The notes beneath the pieces were generated by a model that was given only the letters and a program-made list of their open reading frames with translations, was not told where the DNA came from and ran no database searches. Both the position numbers and the translations under genes were made by a program. Positions 1-7,883 of a DNA stretch of 29,137 nucleotides are shown piece after piece (position 1 is the stretch's first letter; the number at the start of each line of letters is the position of its first letter). This DNA is from a virus (lineage: Duplodnaviria > Caudoviricetes): positions 1 to 29,137 of the IMG/VR virus record IMGVR_UViG_3300017912_004002. One strand, given 5' to 3'.

Positions 1-2
1 AG

Positions 3-137
3 CTGACTCAGACCATGCTCGTATCTTGGATCGAAGCCCAGCATGCAGCTCGGCTGGCTGAGATCCGGGAGCACATTGAGACATCTATCAACGAGTCTAT
101 TTTCCCAACTCGGGAGATGCGGACGCTAAGCAGTTGA
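3..137 (+). CDS. 3' end of a small phage protein (partial), resembles tail-associated small proteins
   Basis: Open frame from window edge: LTQTMLVSWIEAQHAARLAEIREHIETSINESIFPTREMRTLSS*, TGA at 135-137. Confidence 0.6.
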   Translation: MTQTMLVSWIEAQHAARLAEIREHIETSINESIFPTREMRTLSS

Positions 138-202
138 TCTGCTACCGCTACCTTTAGCGCGTAGCTTTACAACCATCGATTGAGTAAACTACAGGGGGTT
201 GC

Positions 203-622
203 ATGTCGGATAGTTTCATCAAGCAGTTGACCGGCATCTTGAAGCGGCATGAGGGTACGGAACTGAAACCCTACCGCTGCACTGAGGGGTATCTCACCCT
301 GGGCATTGGCCGCAACCTAGAGACCAAAGGTATATCGGAAGATGAAGCCGAATACCTTCTCCGCAACGACATCGAAGAAGTGGTTGCGGCCCTCAACGAC
401 AGGACTCCCTGGTGGAACACCCTGCCGGACCATAAACGAATTGTGATGGCCTCGATGGCTTTCCAACTCGGCGTCGGCGGGCTCCTCAAGTTCCAGCACA
501 TGCTCGCAGCCGCTGAAGACGGGGACGACAATGAGGTCGTCGCTCAAATGCGGGACTCCCTGTGGCACCGTCAGACGACGGCCAGGGCGGAGGAGCTGGC
601 GAGACTGTGGACTGGCCCATGA
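203..622 (+). CDS. Phage lysozyme/endolysin (T4-like, GH24)
   Basis: HEGTELKPYRCTEGYLTLGIGRNL (E-x8-C-x5-T catalytic arrangement), MAFQLGVGGLLKF, SLWHRQTTARA; GGGGG RBS upstream. Confidence 0.92.
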   Translation: MSDSFIKQLTGILKRHEGTELKPYRCTEGYLTLGIGRNLETKGISEDEAEYLLRNDIEEVVAALNDRTPWWNTLPDHKRIVMASMAFQLGVGGLLKFQHMLAAAEDGDDNEVVAQMRDSLWHRQTTARAEELARLWTGP

Positions 623-864
623 CTGAAGCAGAACTAGAGCTTTTGCTGGACCGATCAGCCAAGCGCGGTGCCCAGGAAGCGCTGAAGACTATTGGCCTGC
701 ACGATGAAAACGCCGTCCACGATGTGAAAGACCTCCGCGATTTGCTTGATATGTGGCGCGAGGCCCAGCGAGCGGTCGCTACCACCATAACGAAGGCCAT
801 CACCGTGGGGATTCTGTCTCTGTTGGCGATAGGCGCCTGGTACAAGTGGGGAGGCGGGGAATAA
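619..864 (+). CDS. DUF6127-like small membrane-anchored phage protein (holin-like, lysis cluster)
   Basis: ATGA overlap with lysozyme stop; AKRGAQEALKTIGLHDENAVHDVKDLRDLLDMWR followed by one C-terminal TM helix. Confidence 0.75.
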   Translation: MTEAELELLLDRSAKRGAQEALKTIGLHDENAVHDVKDLRDLLDMWREAQRAVATTITKAITVGILSLLAIGAWYKWGGGE

Positions 865-1235
865 TGTGGCAAACACTTCTAGGCCCTATCGCGGCCATCG
901 GTAAAACCTGGGTCGAGGGGAAGGTCGCCAGGAGTAAGGCCAAGGCAGAGGCAGAGGCCCAAGTTTTGGTGCAGGCGTCGCAGTCCACGGCGGACTAGGA
1001 AGCCTACATGGCCAAGCAGGCAAGCCAAAGCTGGAAAGATGAGTGGCTGACCCTGCTCTTTAGCATTCCTCTGATCCTGGCCTTTATCCCCAGCGCGGTG
1101 CCCTACGTCATGCAGGGCTTTGAGGCCCTAGAAGCAATGCCCCAATGGTATCAATACACCCTTAGCATCATCGTCGCAGCCAGCTTTGGCGTTCGCAGCG
1201 CGATTGGACTGATGAACAAGCGAGGCCCCAAATAA
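864..1235 (+). pseudogene. Holin-like (3TM family) gene interrupted by in-frame TAG at 996-998
   Basis: ATG 864 (TAATG overlap) MWQTLLGPIA...QSTAD*EAYMAKQASQSWKDEWLTLLFSIPLILAFIP...; both halves are in one frame; WKDEW motif and TM helices. Confidence 0.7.
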
Positions 1236-2206
1236 TGGCGCTTGAATCTGCTTCCTTTATAAATGGCTTGGTGAGCACCAACCCGACCAGCTCAGACAAC
1301 GTCGGTGAGGGCGACAACCATATTCGCTTGGTTAAAGCGACGATCCTGGCCACGTTTCCCAACATCGCGGGCGCGATGACTAAGAGCCACACGCAGCTTA
1401 ACACCAGCGTGGCTGCCACCGAGGCGGCGACCAACGCCAACACGGCCAGCGCCATCGTCAAGCGTGACGGCAGCGGCAACTTCTCTGCCGGCACAATCAC
1501 TGCCGCCCTCACTGGTAACGTCACCGGCAATGCCTCTACGGCCAGCGCTTGGGCTACGGCAAGGACCATCACCCTGGCCGGAGACCTGACTGGCAACGTG
1601 TCTGTCGATGGCAGCGCCAACGTCACGCTGACGGCTGCTGTTGTTGATGACAGCCACAACCATGTCATCGCAAACGTAGACGGTTTGCAGGATGCGCTGA
1701 ACGCCAAGGTCGGGACTAGCGGAAACGCAGCCAGCGCCAGTAAGTGGCAAACGGCTAGAACAGTGACGTTCGCCGGCGGTGACGTGACCGGCAATTTCAC
1801 GATTGACGGAAGCGCGAATGTTTCTGGCGTGAACCTTCAGGTGGTCAATGACAGCCACAACCATGACAGCCGCTACTTCACCGAATCAGAATCAGACGCT
1901 CGCTTTCTAGGGATTAGCGCCAACGCTGCAAGCGCCAGCAAGTGGGCGACTTCACGCACCCTGTCGCTTAGCGGCGACGCTAGCGGAAGCGCCAGCTTTG
2001 ACGGCAGCGCAAACGCTACGCTTTCTGTAACCGTGGCTAACAATAGCCACAACCACACCATTGCAAACATCACCAGCCTGCAGAACGCGCTCGATGGAAA
2101 GCTGAGCACCACGGGCACAGCGGCAGATAGCACAAAGTGGGGCGGGTACAAATTCAGCACCAGCAGTACTGGGTCTGCTTCCGACACGATCTATTTTAGG
2201 ACCTAA
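1235..2206 (+). CDS. Tail fibre protein
   Basis: N-terminus MALESASFINGLVSTNPT..GDNHIRLVKATILATFPNI typical of podophage fibres; three internal repeats; HNHxIANVxGLQxALxxK tail-repeat motif; rich in Ala, Ser, Thr and Gly. Confidence 0.88.
   Translation: MALESASFINGLVSTNPTSSDNVGEGDNHIRLVKATILATFPNIAGAMTKSHTQLNTSVAATEAATNANTASAIVKRDGSGNFSAGTITAALTGNVTGNASTASAWATARTITLAGDLTGNVSVDGSANVTLTAAVVDDSHNHVIANVDGLQDALNAKVGTSGNAASASKWQTARTVTFAGGDVTGNFTIDGSANVSGVNLQVVNDSHNHDSRYFTESESDARFLGISANAASASKWATSRTLSLSGDASGSASFDGSANATLSVTVANNSHNHTIANITSLQNALDGKLSTTGTAADSTKWGGYKFSTSSTGSASDTIYFRT
1532..2056 (+). repeat. Three ~65-aa repeat units in the tail fibre (ASASKWxTARTxxxxGDxxGxxxxDGSAN...SHNH)
   Basis: Units start near 1532, 1727 and 1925; each ends in AGCCACAACCAY (1652-1663, 1853-1864, 2045-2056). 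Confidence 0.85.
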
Positions 2207-2208
2207 CC

Positions 2209-3078
2209 GTGGGCATATTCATCGGCGGGACCGAGATCACTGACATCAAAATTGGTAGCACCGCTATCAATCAGGTGTTTGTCGGCTCGACTCTGGTGTG
2301 GCAACGCATCACTTGGACTTTCGGTATTCCCGTCACCACCGTAAACGACACCGGCGCTCTCGGCGGTGGCGTGACCGTTCGCAGCGATGGCGTGATCACC
2401 TTTAACAGTGTGTCAAATAGCTACTACGGTAATCCGTCCAACGCTAACTTCGGCCAATACTACGAGGCCCAGCTAACCAAGTCCTCCGGCACCAGCCCGA
2501 GTACCGGGCCCGCGTTAGGGTCTTACCACGCGCTGAGCAGCAACCGCGCTTGGCAGTGGAACACGTCTTCGCCGCTAACATTTAGCGGAACCGTGACGGT
2601 GCGCGAGATCGCCAACACGTCCAACAGCGACAGCTTTACCTACAACCTTGATCTCGACTGCTTCCTGGCCGACACGCAGATACTCATGGCCGACGGCAGC
2701 GAGAAGCGCATTGCCGAGGTGGAAGTGGGCGACGTGGTCATGGGGGAGGGCGGATCGCTCAACACGGTCACCGAGGCCCAGAGCTTCGACAAGATCGACT
2801 CCGTATATAAGATCAACGACGGCGACTACTTTGTCACCGGAGGTCACCCGTTCAAGACCACCAACGGCTGGAAGGCCATGCGCCCAACGGCGGTGGCTGC
2901 TTCTCACGTCGAGCTGGGTGTCACCGAGCTGAGTGTGGGCGACGAGATGATCAAGCGTGAAGGCACCGAGACTGTGTTCGCCATCACGTTCATGGAGCGC
3001 CCGGTTACCGTCTACAACCTTGCCGTGGACGGGAACGACACGTTCTTTGCCAACGGCTACTTGGTGCATAACAAGTAA
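2209..3078 (+). CDS. Tail-tip/adhesin-like protein with C-terminal Hint (intein-like) domain
   Basis: N-terminal IFIGGTEITDIKIGSTAINQVFVGSTLVW module; Hint from Cys151 (2659): CFLADTQILMADGSEKRIAEVEVGDVV, FVTGGHPF, TVYNLAVDGNDTFFANGYLVHNK*. Confidence 0.85.
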   Translation: MGIFIGGTEITDIKIGSTAINQVFVGSTLVWQRITWTFGIPVTTVNDTGALGGGVTVRSDGVITFNSVSNSYYGNPSNANFGQYYEAQLTKSSGTSPSTGPALGSYHALSSNRAWQWNTSSPLTFSGTVTVREIANTSNSDSFTYNLDLDCFLADTQILMADGSEKRIAEVEVGDVVMGEGGSLNTVTEAQSFDKIDSVYKINDGDYFVTGGHPFKTTNGWKAMRPTAVAASHVELGVTELSVGDEMIKREGTETVFAITFMERPVTVYNLAVDGNDTFFANGYLVHNK

Positions 3079-4622
3079 TGGCCTTTATCCCGATCAGGCA
3101 GGTAGGCGCGGGCGGCATTGTCACCGACCAAGCGCCCTATGATTTGGAGCTTCAGCAGTTCCCGGCGGGGAACAATGTTGCTATCGAGGACGGCAAGATT
3201 GGCAAGGCGCTGGGCTACAGCAACCGTAAGTCTCTAGCTTTTGAGCCGACGCACGTTCAAGGATGGCTATATCAAGGCAACAACAGCCTGGTGATTGGTG
3301 CCAACACGGCGATCTACCGCTTTGACGGCACCAACGTGACTAACGTCAGCTCGCAGACTTATAGCAACTCGCCGCGTTGGCAGAGTGCGCAGATTGGTGC
3401 CGGCGTGATCATGAACAACGGCACCGAGGTGCCTGAGTTCATGTTTCCAAACGGATCAGCGTTCGCCGCTCTGACCGCTTGGCCGACCAACGTGACAACC
3501 CAGTGCCTAAAGCCGTTCAACAGCTTCCTAATCATGGTGGGTTACGAGGACCTGACAAACCGTTATCCCTACACCGTTCGCTGGTCTGACGAGTACGACC
3601 CTGCCAGTGTGCCGCAGAGCTGGGACATCACAAGCACTACCAACCTAGCGGGTGAGAACGTGCTTTCGGGCAACAACGGCGAGCTGATCGACCAGCTTAC
3701 GCTAAACGACGCAAACATCATCTATGCCGAGCGCGGCGTCTTTGCTATGACTTTTATAGGCGCACCGCTGGTCTTTGCGTTCCGCGAAATATTCAACGAT
3801 GACGGCATCATCAACCGTGGCGCCGTGGCCGGCTTCTTCGGTCAACACTTGGTGGTTGGCCAAAACGACATATATGTGCATGACGGTAACAACAAGCGCT
3901 CCATCGTAGACAAGCGCGTCCGGCGTCAGTTCTTCGCTGAGCTGCGCGACACTCGGAGCGTGTTTTGCCAGTCGATTCCTGACCGCTCTGAGGTGTGGAT
4001 TTGCTACGCAGACGACGACAGCAGCGACAGCCAGACAGCTAACCGCGCTCTGGTCTATAACTGGGCCCAGGACGCGTTCACCTTTATAGACCTGCCGAAC
4101 ATTCGCGCACTGACGTTGGCGGACAAGATGGACACCTCGGGAGATTGGGACAACAGCCCGGTCACCTGGGCGCAGTCCTCCGACTACTGGTCAAACGCCT
4201 CGATCACCACGGCAGGCCAGAACATCAAGCTGTTTGGCGCTGGATATCTGGACGACAAGGTTTACCAGCACAACGACACCTATGGCGCTGACGGCTCCGC
4301 GCTTGATGCTTTCATCGAGGCTAGCAAGTTAGACCTTGACGCGATCACTGGGGGCAGCACGGCTACGATCAAGCAGATCAATCAGATTCTGCCGCAGATC
4401 GAAGGCTCTGGCGCTGTCACGATCAGGGTCGGCGTCAGCGCCTCGCCGCAGCAAGGTGTGCAGTGGATAGCAGAGCGGCCTTACAACATTCACAGCGATC
4501 ACAAGATCGACGTGCGCGCCAGCGGTCGCTATCTGGCTTTGCGCTTCCAATCCGCGTCGTCGGAAAACTGGTGGAAGGTCACCGGCCTCGACATCGACAT
4601 CAGAGAGGTGGCCAAGCGATGA
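3078..4622 (+). CDS. Tail tubular/head-closure protein (P22 gp10 or T7 gp12-like)
   Basis: 514 aa, beta-rich; VRWSD, EVWICY, RALVYNW, IDVRASGRYLALRF motifs; position before ejection genes. Confidence 0.72.
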   Translation: MAFIPIRQVGAGGIVTDQAPYDLELQQFPAGNNVAIEDGKIGKALGYSNRKSLAFEPTHVQGWLYQGNNSLVIGANTAIYRFDGTNVTNVSSQTYSNSPRWQSAQIGAGVIMNNGTEVPEFMFPNGSAFAALTAWPTNVTTQCLKPFNSFLIMVGYEDLTNRYPYTVRWSDEYDPASVPQSWDITSTTNLAGENVLSGNNGELIDQLTLNDANIIYAERGVFAMTFIGAPLVFAFREIFNDDGIINRGAVAGFFGQHLVVGQNDIYVHDGNNKRSIVDKRVRRQFFAELRDTRSVFCQSIPDRSEVWICYADDDSSDSQTANRALVYNWAQDAFTFIDLPNIRALTLADKMDTSGDWDNSPVTWAQSSDYWSNASITTAGQNIKLFGAGYLDDKVYQHNDTYGADGSALDAFIEASKLDLDAITGGSTATIKQINQILPQIEGSGAVTIRVGVSASPQQGVQWIAERPYNIHSDHKIDVRASGRYLALRFQSASSENWWKVTGLDIDIREVAKR

Positions 4623-4867
4623 GCTACCGACCTCTTCCGACTACGGCAGGCAACGTCACTGACCTGCGTTCTTGGGCCAACCGCGAGCTACAGCGAGTGT
4701 CCCTGGCGATCGACCTTACGGGATCGCAGCTCACCTTAGCGGTGCTCAATGCGCCGCCTGAAAAGCCGCAAGTCGGGCAGATCGTTTTTGCGGACGGAAC
4801 CAACTGGAACCCTGGCTCAGGCAGGGGTTTGTACTATTACGACTCTTCCTGGGTCTTTATTGCATAG
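4619..4867 (+). CDS. Small virion protein
   Basis: ATGA overlap and GAGG RBS; 82 aa, PEKPQVGQIVFADGTNWNPGSGRGLYYY motif seen after podophage tail genes. Confidence 0.75.
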   Translation: MSYRPLPTTAGNVTDLRSWANRELQRVSLAIDLTGSQLTLAVLNAPPEKPQVGQIVFADGTNWNPGSGRGLYYYDSSWVFIA

Positions 4868-4876
4868 GTGTAAGCC

Positions 4877-6541
4877 ATGTCTCTTTTTTCTTTTGGCTCA
4901 AAAAAATCTAAGCAAAGTTCTAGCTCAAACGCGCAGAGCTTTGTCGATCCTAACCAGCAGCCGTTTCTCGATGACATCCGCACGCAGGCTCAAGCTCTAA
5001 ACCAAACGGGCATGCCGGTTGAGGGCGTGGCAGCCCTAAACCCGACGCAGATGAGCGGCATGGATGCGCGCTTTGGCGCCGGCGGTAACATCATGAACGT
5101 CGGCGGCATGGTCCAGAATCAGGGTATGAGCATGATGCCTGGGCAGTCCATGGCGCTGAACTTCGCACAGAGTGCGATGGGGCAGCCCGCCGGCTTTGCT
5201 GGCCCGCAGCGCGGTATCCCCCGTGGCGGTATGGAAGGCGCGGGTATCCCGTTTCGCCCTAGCGGCTTCGCTCCTGGCCGCTTTAGCACCGCCAGCCTAG
5301 CGAACCGAGCTGCAGGGATGAATGCGCCCCAAGGCGGCACGCCTTCTAACTACGCTTCAATGTTGAACGCTCGCAACCCCGCGGCCCCCGGCCCCGGCGG
5401 CATGATCGGCCCCGCGAGCGTCGGCCCGATGAATTTTAATCTTGCAAGCAACATGGCCTCCCGCGGCGCCGTGGCTGGCCCGGCGCAGAACACTGGCATT
5501 AACACTGGCCTAGCCGACACCATCGGCGGCATGACCACCTTTGCCGACGCAGCTCAGGGGCGTGGCATCGATACCGACACCGCCGGTCAAGCCACTGGCA
5601 TGACGACCTTCGCCGACGCGGCTCAGAACCGAGGCTTCGATCAGCGCAACGTGTCGAGCTACATCAACAACGACGTGCTCCAGGGGCAGATCGACGCGGC
5701 GTCCAGAGACATAATGCGTAACTTCACTGAGAACCAGCTCACCGGCAACGCCTCTGGCGCAGCGGCCACTGGCAACAGCGGCAGTAGCCGCCGTGCTGTT
5801 ATGGACGCCATCGCCGCTAGGGGCGCCGCCGACAGAGTGGGTGACATTTCCGCTTCGATGCGCGGTCGAGCTTACGATACTGGCGTGAACATTGAGGCGG
5901 GCAGGGCCGCACAGAATGCGGGCTTTGACCAGCAGACTGCTTTGGCAAACGCAGCAGCCGCAAACCGCCTGACCGGACAAGGCTTGAGCATCGCAGCCAA
6001 CCAGGGCCAGCAAAACGTCGGTAACGTGCAGGCGGCAAACTTGGCTAACGCGGCCGCTACTAACCGCATGCAGGCGCAGGGTGTGAACGTAGCCGCTAGC
6101 CAGGCGAGTCAGGACACCGCCAACCGCCAAGCTGCTGAGCTAGCAAACCAAGGCGCCTATAACACCTTGCTTGGTCAAGGCTTCAATTTTGGCAATCAGC
6201 AGGCGATGCAGAATGCTCAACTGCAGCAGCAGGCTGCCCTCGCTAATCAGCGTAATGCGCAGTTTGGCGCCTCCTTGGCCAACACCATTGGCCAGCAGGG
6301 CGTGGCTAATATGCAGGCTGGAGCAAATCTTCAATTGGCAGGCGCCAATGCCCAATACGGCGTGGGTAATGACCTCCGAGCCTACGAGCAGCAACTGTTG
6401 AACAACGTCTACCAGCAACAGATGTCACCGTTCAACTCGCTGAACTTCTACAACCAGCTCGTTGGGGCGCCGACGGTGCTGAACACTGCCAGCACTCAGT
6501 CCAGCGGCAAGTCCAGCGGCTTCGACTTAGGATTCGGCTGA
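4877..6541 (+). CDS. Internal virion/DNA ejection protein (Gln/Asn/Ala/Gly-rich)
   Basis: 554 aa; FGSKKSKQSSSS N-terminus, GSSRRAV motif, low-complexity QNA repeats, GFDLGFG end. Confidence 0.72.
   Translation: MSLFSFGSKKSKQSSSSNAQSFVDPNQQPFLDDIRTQAQALNQTGMPVEGVAALNPTQMSGMDARFGAGGNIMNVGGMVQNQGMSMMPGQSMALNFAQSAMGQPAGFAGPQRGIPRGGMEGAGIPFRPSGFAPGRFSTASLANRAAGMNAPQGGTPSNYASMLNARNPAAPGPGGMIGPASVGPMNFNLASNMASRGAVAGPAQNTGINTGLADTIGGMTTFADAAQGRGIDTDTAGQATGMTTFADAAQNRGFDQRNVSSYINNDVLQGQIDAASRDIMRNFTENQLTGNASGAAATGNSGSSRRAVMDAIAARGAADRVGDISASMRGRAYDTGVNIEAGRAAQNAGFDQQTALANAAAANRLTGQGLSIAANQGQQNVGNVQAANLANAAATNRMQAQGVNVAASQASQDTANRQAAELANQGAYNTLLGQGFNFGNQQAMQNAQLQQQAALANQRNAQFGASLANTIGQQGVANMQAGANLQLAGANAQYGVGNDLRAYEQQLLNNVYQQQMSPFNSLNFYNQLVGAPTVLNTASTQSSGKSSGFDLGFG
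5528..5626 (+). repeat. Direct repeat encoding GMTTFADAAQ twice (69-nt period)
   Basis: ggcatgaccacctttgccgacgcagctcag at 5528 and ggcatgacgaccttcgccgacgcggctcag at 5597. Confidence 0.85.
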
Positions 6542-6551
6542 GGTCTAGGCT

Positions 6552-7877
6552 ATGGCTTTTTATGACTTAATTGGTGAACGACCTCAAGGTTATCTTGAAG
6601 ATAACCAAGAGCGCCGCGACTTGCAGAACCGCCTCAGCGATACGGTGATGAACGCCCCGGCGATCACGCTGCAAAGCGAAACCCCGAAAGAGGAAGCAGT
6701 TGAAGCACTGATGCTTCAACGCGCTGGCTTTATTCAGGACCCAAGGGGCATGTCACCTGACGGCCGACAGGCTTACGTTGACCCGCGCCTGCTTAGCTCG
6801 CAGGCCACCATGAGTTTGATCAACGACCAGCAGGAGTACCTACGGCAGCGCACGCTCCAAAAGGCGAGCAACCCGCTGTTCAAGGTAGCCGACACTGTCG
6901 CTGACACTGGCCGACTGTTCTTGTCCCCGCTGTTCTGGTTGAAGGGTGAGGACATGACGCGCTATGACCCCAGCGCCATGCTGGAGTCTGGCTACCGCAC
7001 GCGCATGAGCCAACTGGACGCGCTTCGCATCAAGTCTTACGACAACTATTTCGATGCCAAAACTCAGCGCATGAATCAGCTCACCGTGTTGCAGCAGCAA
7101 GCCTTTGAGAACGCAGATACGCTCTACCAGCGGAGGCTGCCGCAAGACACATATAGCAAAGAGCTTCTGAGCGAAGCACAACGCCTTGGCGGTGACACCT
7201 TTACCGGTTATGCCGCTGGTAACGCTGAATCCATACAGGCGGTGCAAGACTCTCTCGCGCTTAACAAAGGCCAGGCTACTTCGATTTCCGGTGGCCGTAT
7301 CGTGCGCGACAACGCGCTTAACCCGGTGCGTCAGTTGGGCAAGGACTTTAAAGCAAAGCAGCAACAGACCTACGGCCAAGCGCTGGAGGGCTACGACAGA
7401 CTCATTGCCTCTCTCAACTCGCCTGGAGGGTTGGGCGACGTTGCAGCGATCTTTGGGTTTATGAAGATGCTCGACCCCAATAGTGTTGTGCGCGAGTCTG
7501 AGTACGCGACAGCCGCAAACGCTGGCGGCATATACAACCGCATGATGAACCTGCTGGAAGAGGCAGAGGGTAATGTGCTTCCTGATAACGTGCGTGCGCA
7601 GATGCGCGAACTGGCTACGGACCTTATTGAGGTTTACGGAAAGGCCTATGGCGATTTCTACGACGATGCCGTAAACAGCGCAGCCTTCTACGACTGGTTC
7701 AATCCTGAAACCGACAGCGAGGCTTTCTTCGGGCGTCGCCTGTCGTTCCCAACCGATCCACCGCCAGCTCCGCCTCCGCTTCTTGATCCCAACAGCGTGA
7801 ACCGGGCGCCCGCCCCTGGAAGTCCGGGGGCCAGTGGGGCCGATATATTCAACGTAGACCTAGACCTTCTGAGGTAA
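6552..7877 (+). CDS. Internal virion/ejection protein
   Basis: 441 aa helical; GDVAAIFGFMKMLDPNSVVRESEYA motif familiar from podophage injected proteins; Pro-rich tail. Confidence 0.7.
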   Translation: MAFYDLIGERPQGYLEDNQERRDLQNRLSDTVMNAPAITLQSETPKEEAVEALMLQRAGFIQDPRGMSPDGRQAYVDPRLLSSQATMSLINDQQEYLRQRTLQKASNPLFKVADTVADTGRLFLSPLFWLKGEDMTRYDPSAMLESGYRTRMSQLDALRIKSYDNYFDAKTQRMNQLTVLQQQAFENADTLYQRRLPQDTYSKELLSEAQRLGGDTFTGYAAGNAESIQAVQDSLALNKGQATSISGGRIVRDNALNPVRQLGKDFKAKQQQTYGQALEGYDRLIASLNSPGGLGDVAAIFGFMKMLDPNSVVRESEYATAANAGGIYNRMMNLLEEAEGNVLPDNVRAQMRELATDLIEVYGKAYGDFYDDAVNSAAFYDWFNPETDSEAFFGRRLSFPTDPPPAPPPLLDPNSVNRAPAPGSPGASGADIFNVDLDLLR

Positions 7878-7883
7878 GTGCGC

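Noticed and set aside
996-998. Genome-wide TAG reassignment
   Set aside because: TAG ends several genes at sensible positions (4867, 12003, 15330, 18861, 24065); no other gene is broken; no suppressor tRNA seen
2659-3075. Canonical mobile intein
   Set aside because: No endonuclease, no +1 Cys/Ser/Thr, and only one residue of C-extein
1235-3078. Shufflon or diversity-generating retroelement acting on the tail genes
   Set aside because: No inverted cassettes, reverse transcriptase or template/variable repeat pair in view; the recombinase has its own attP
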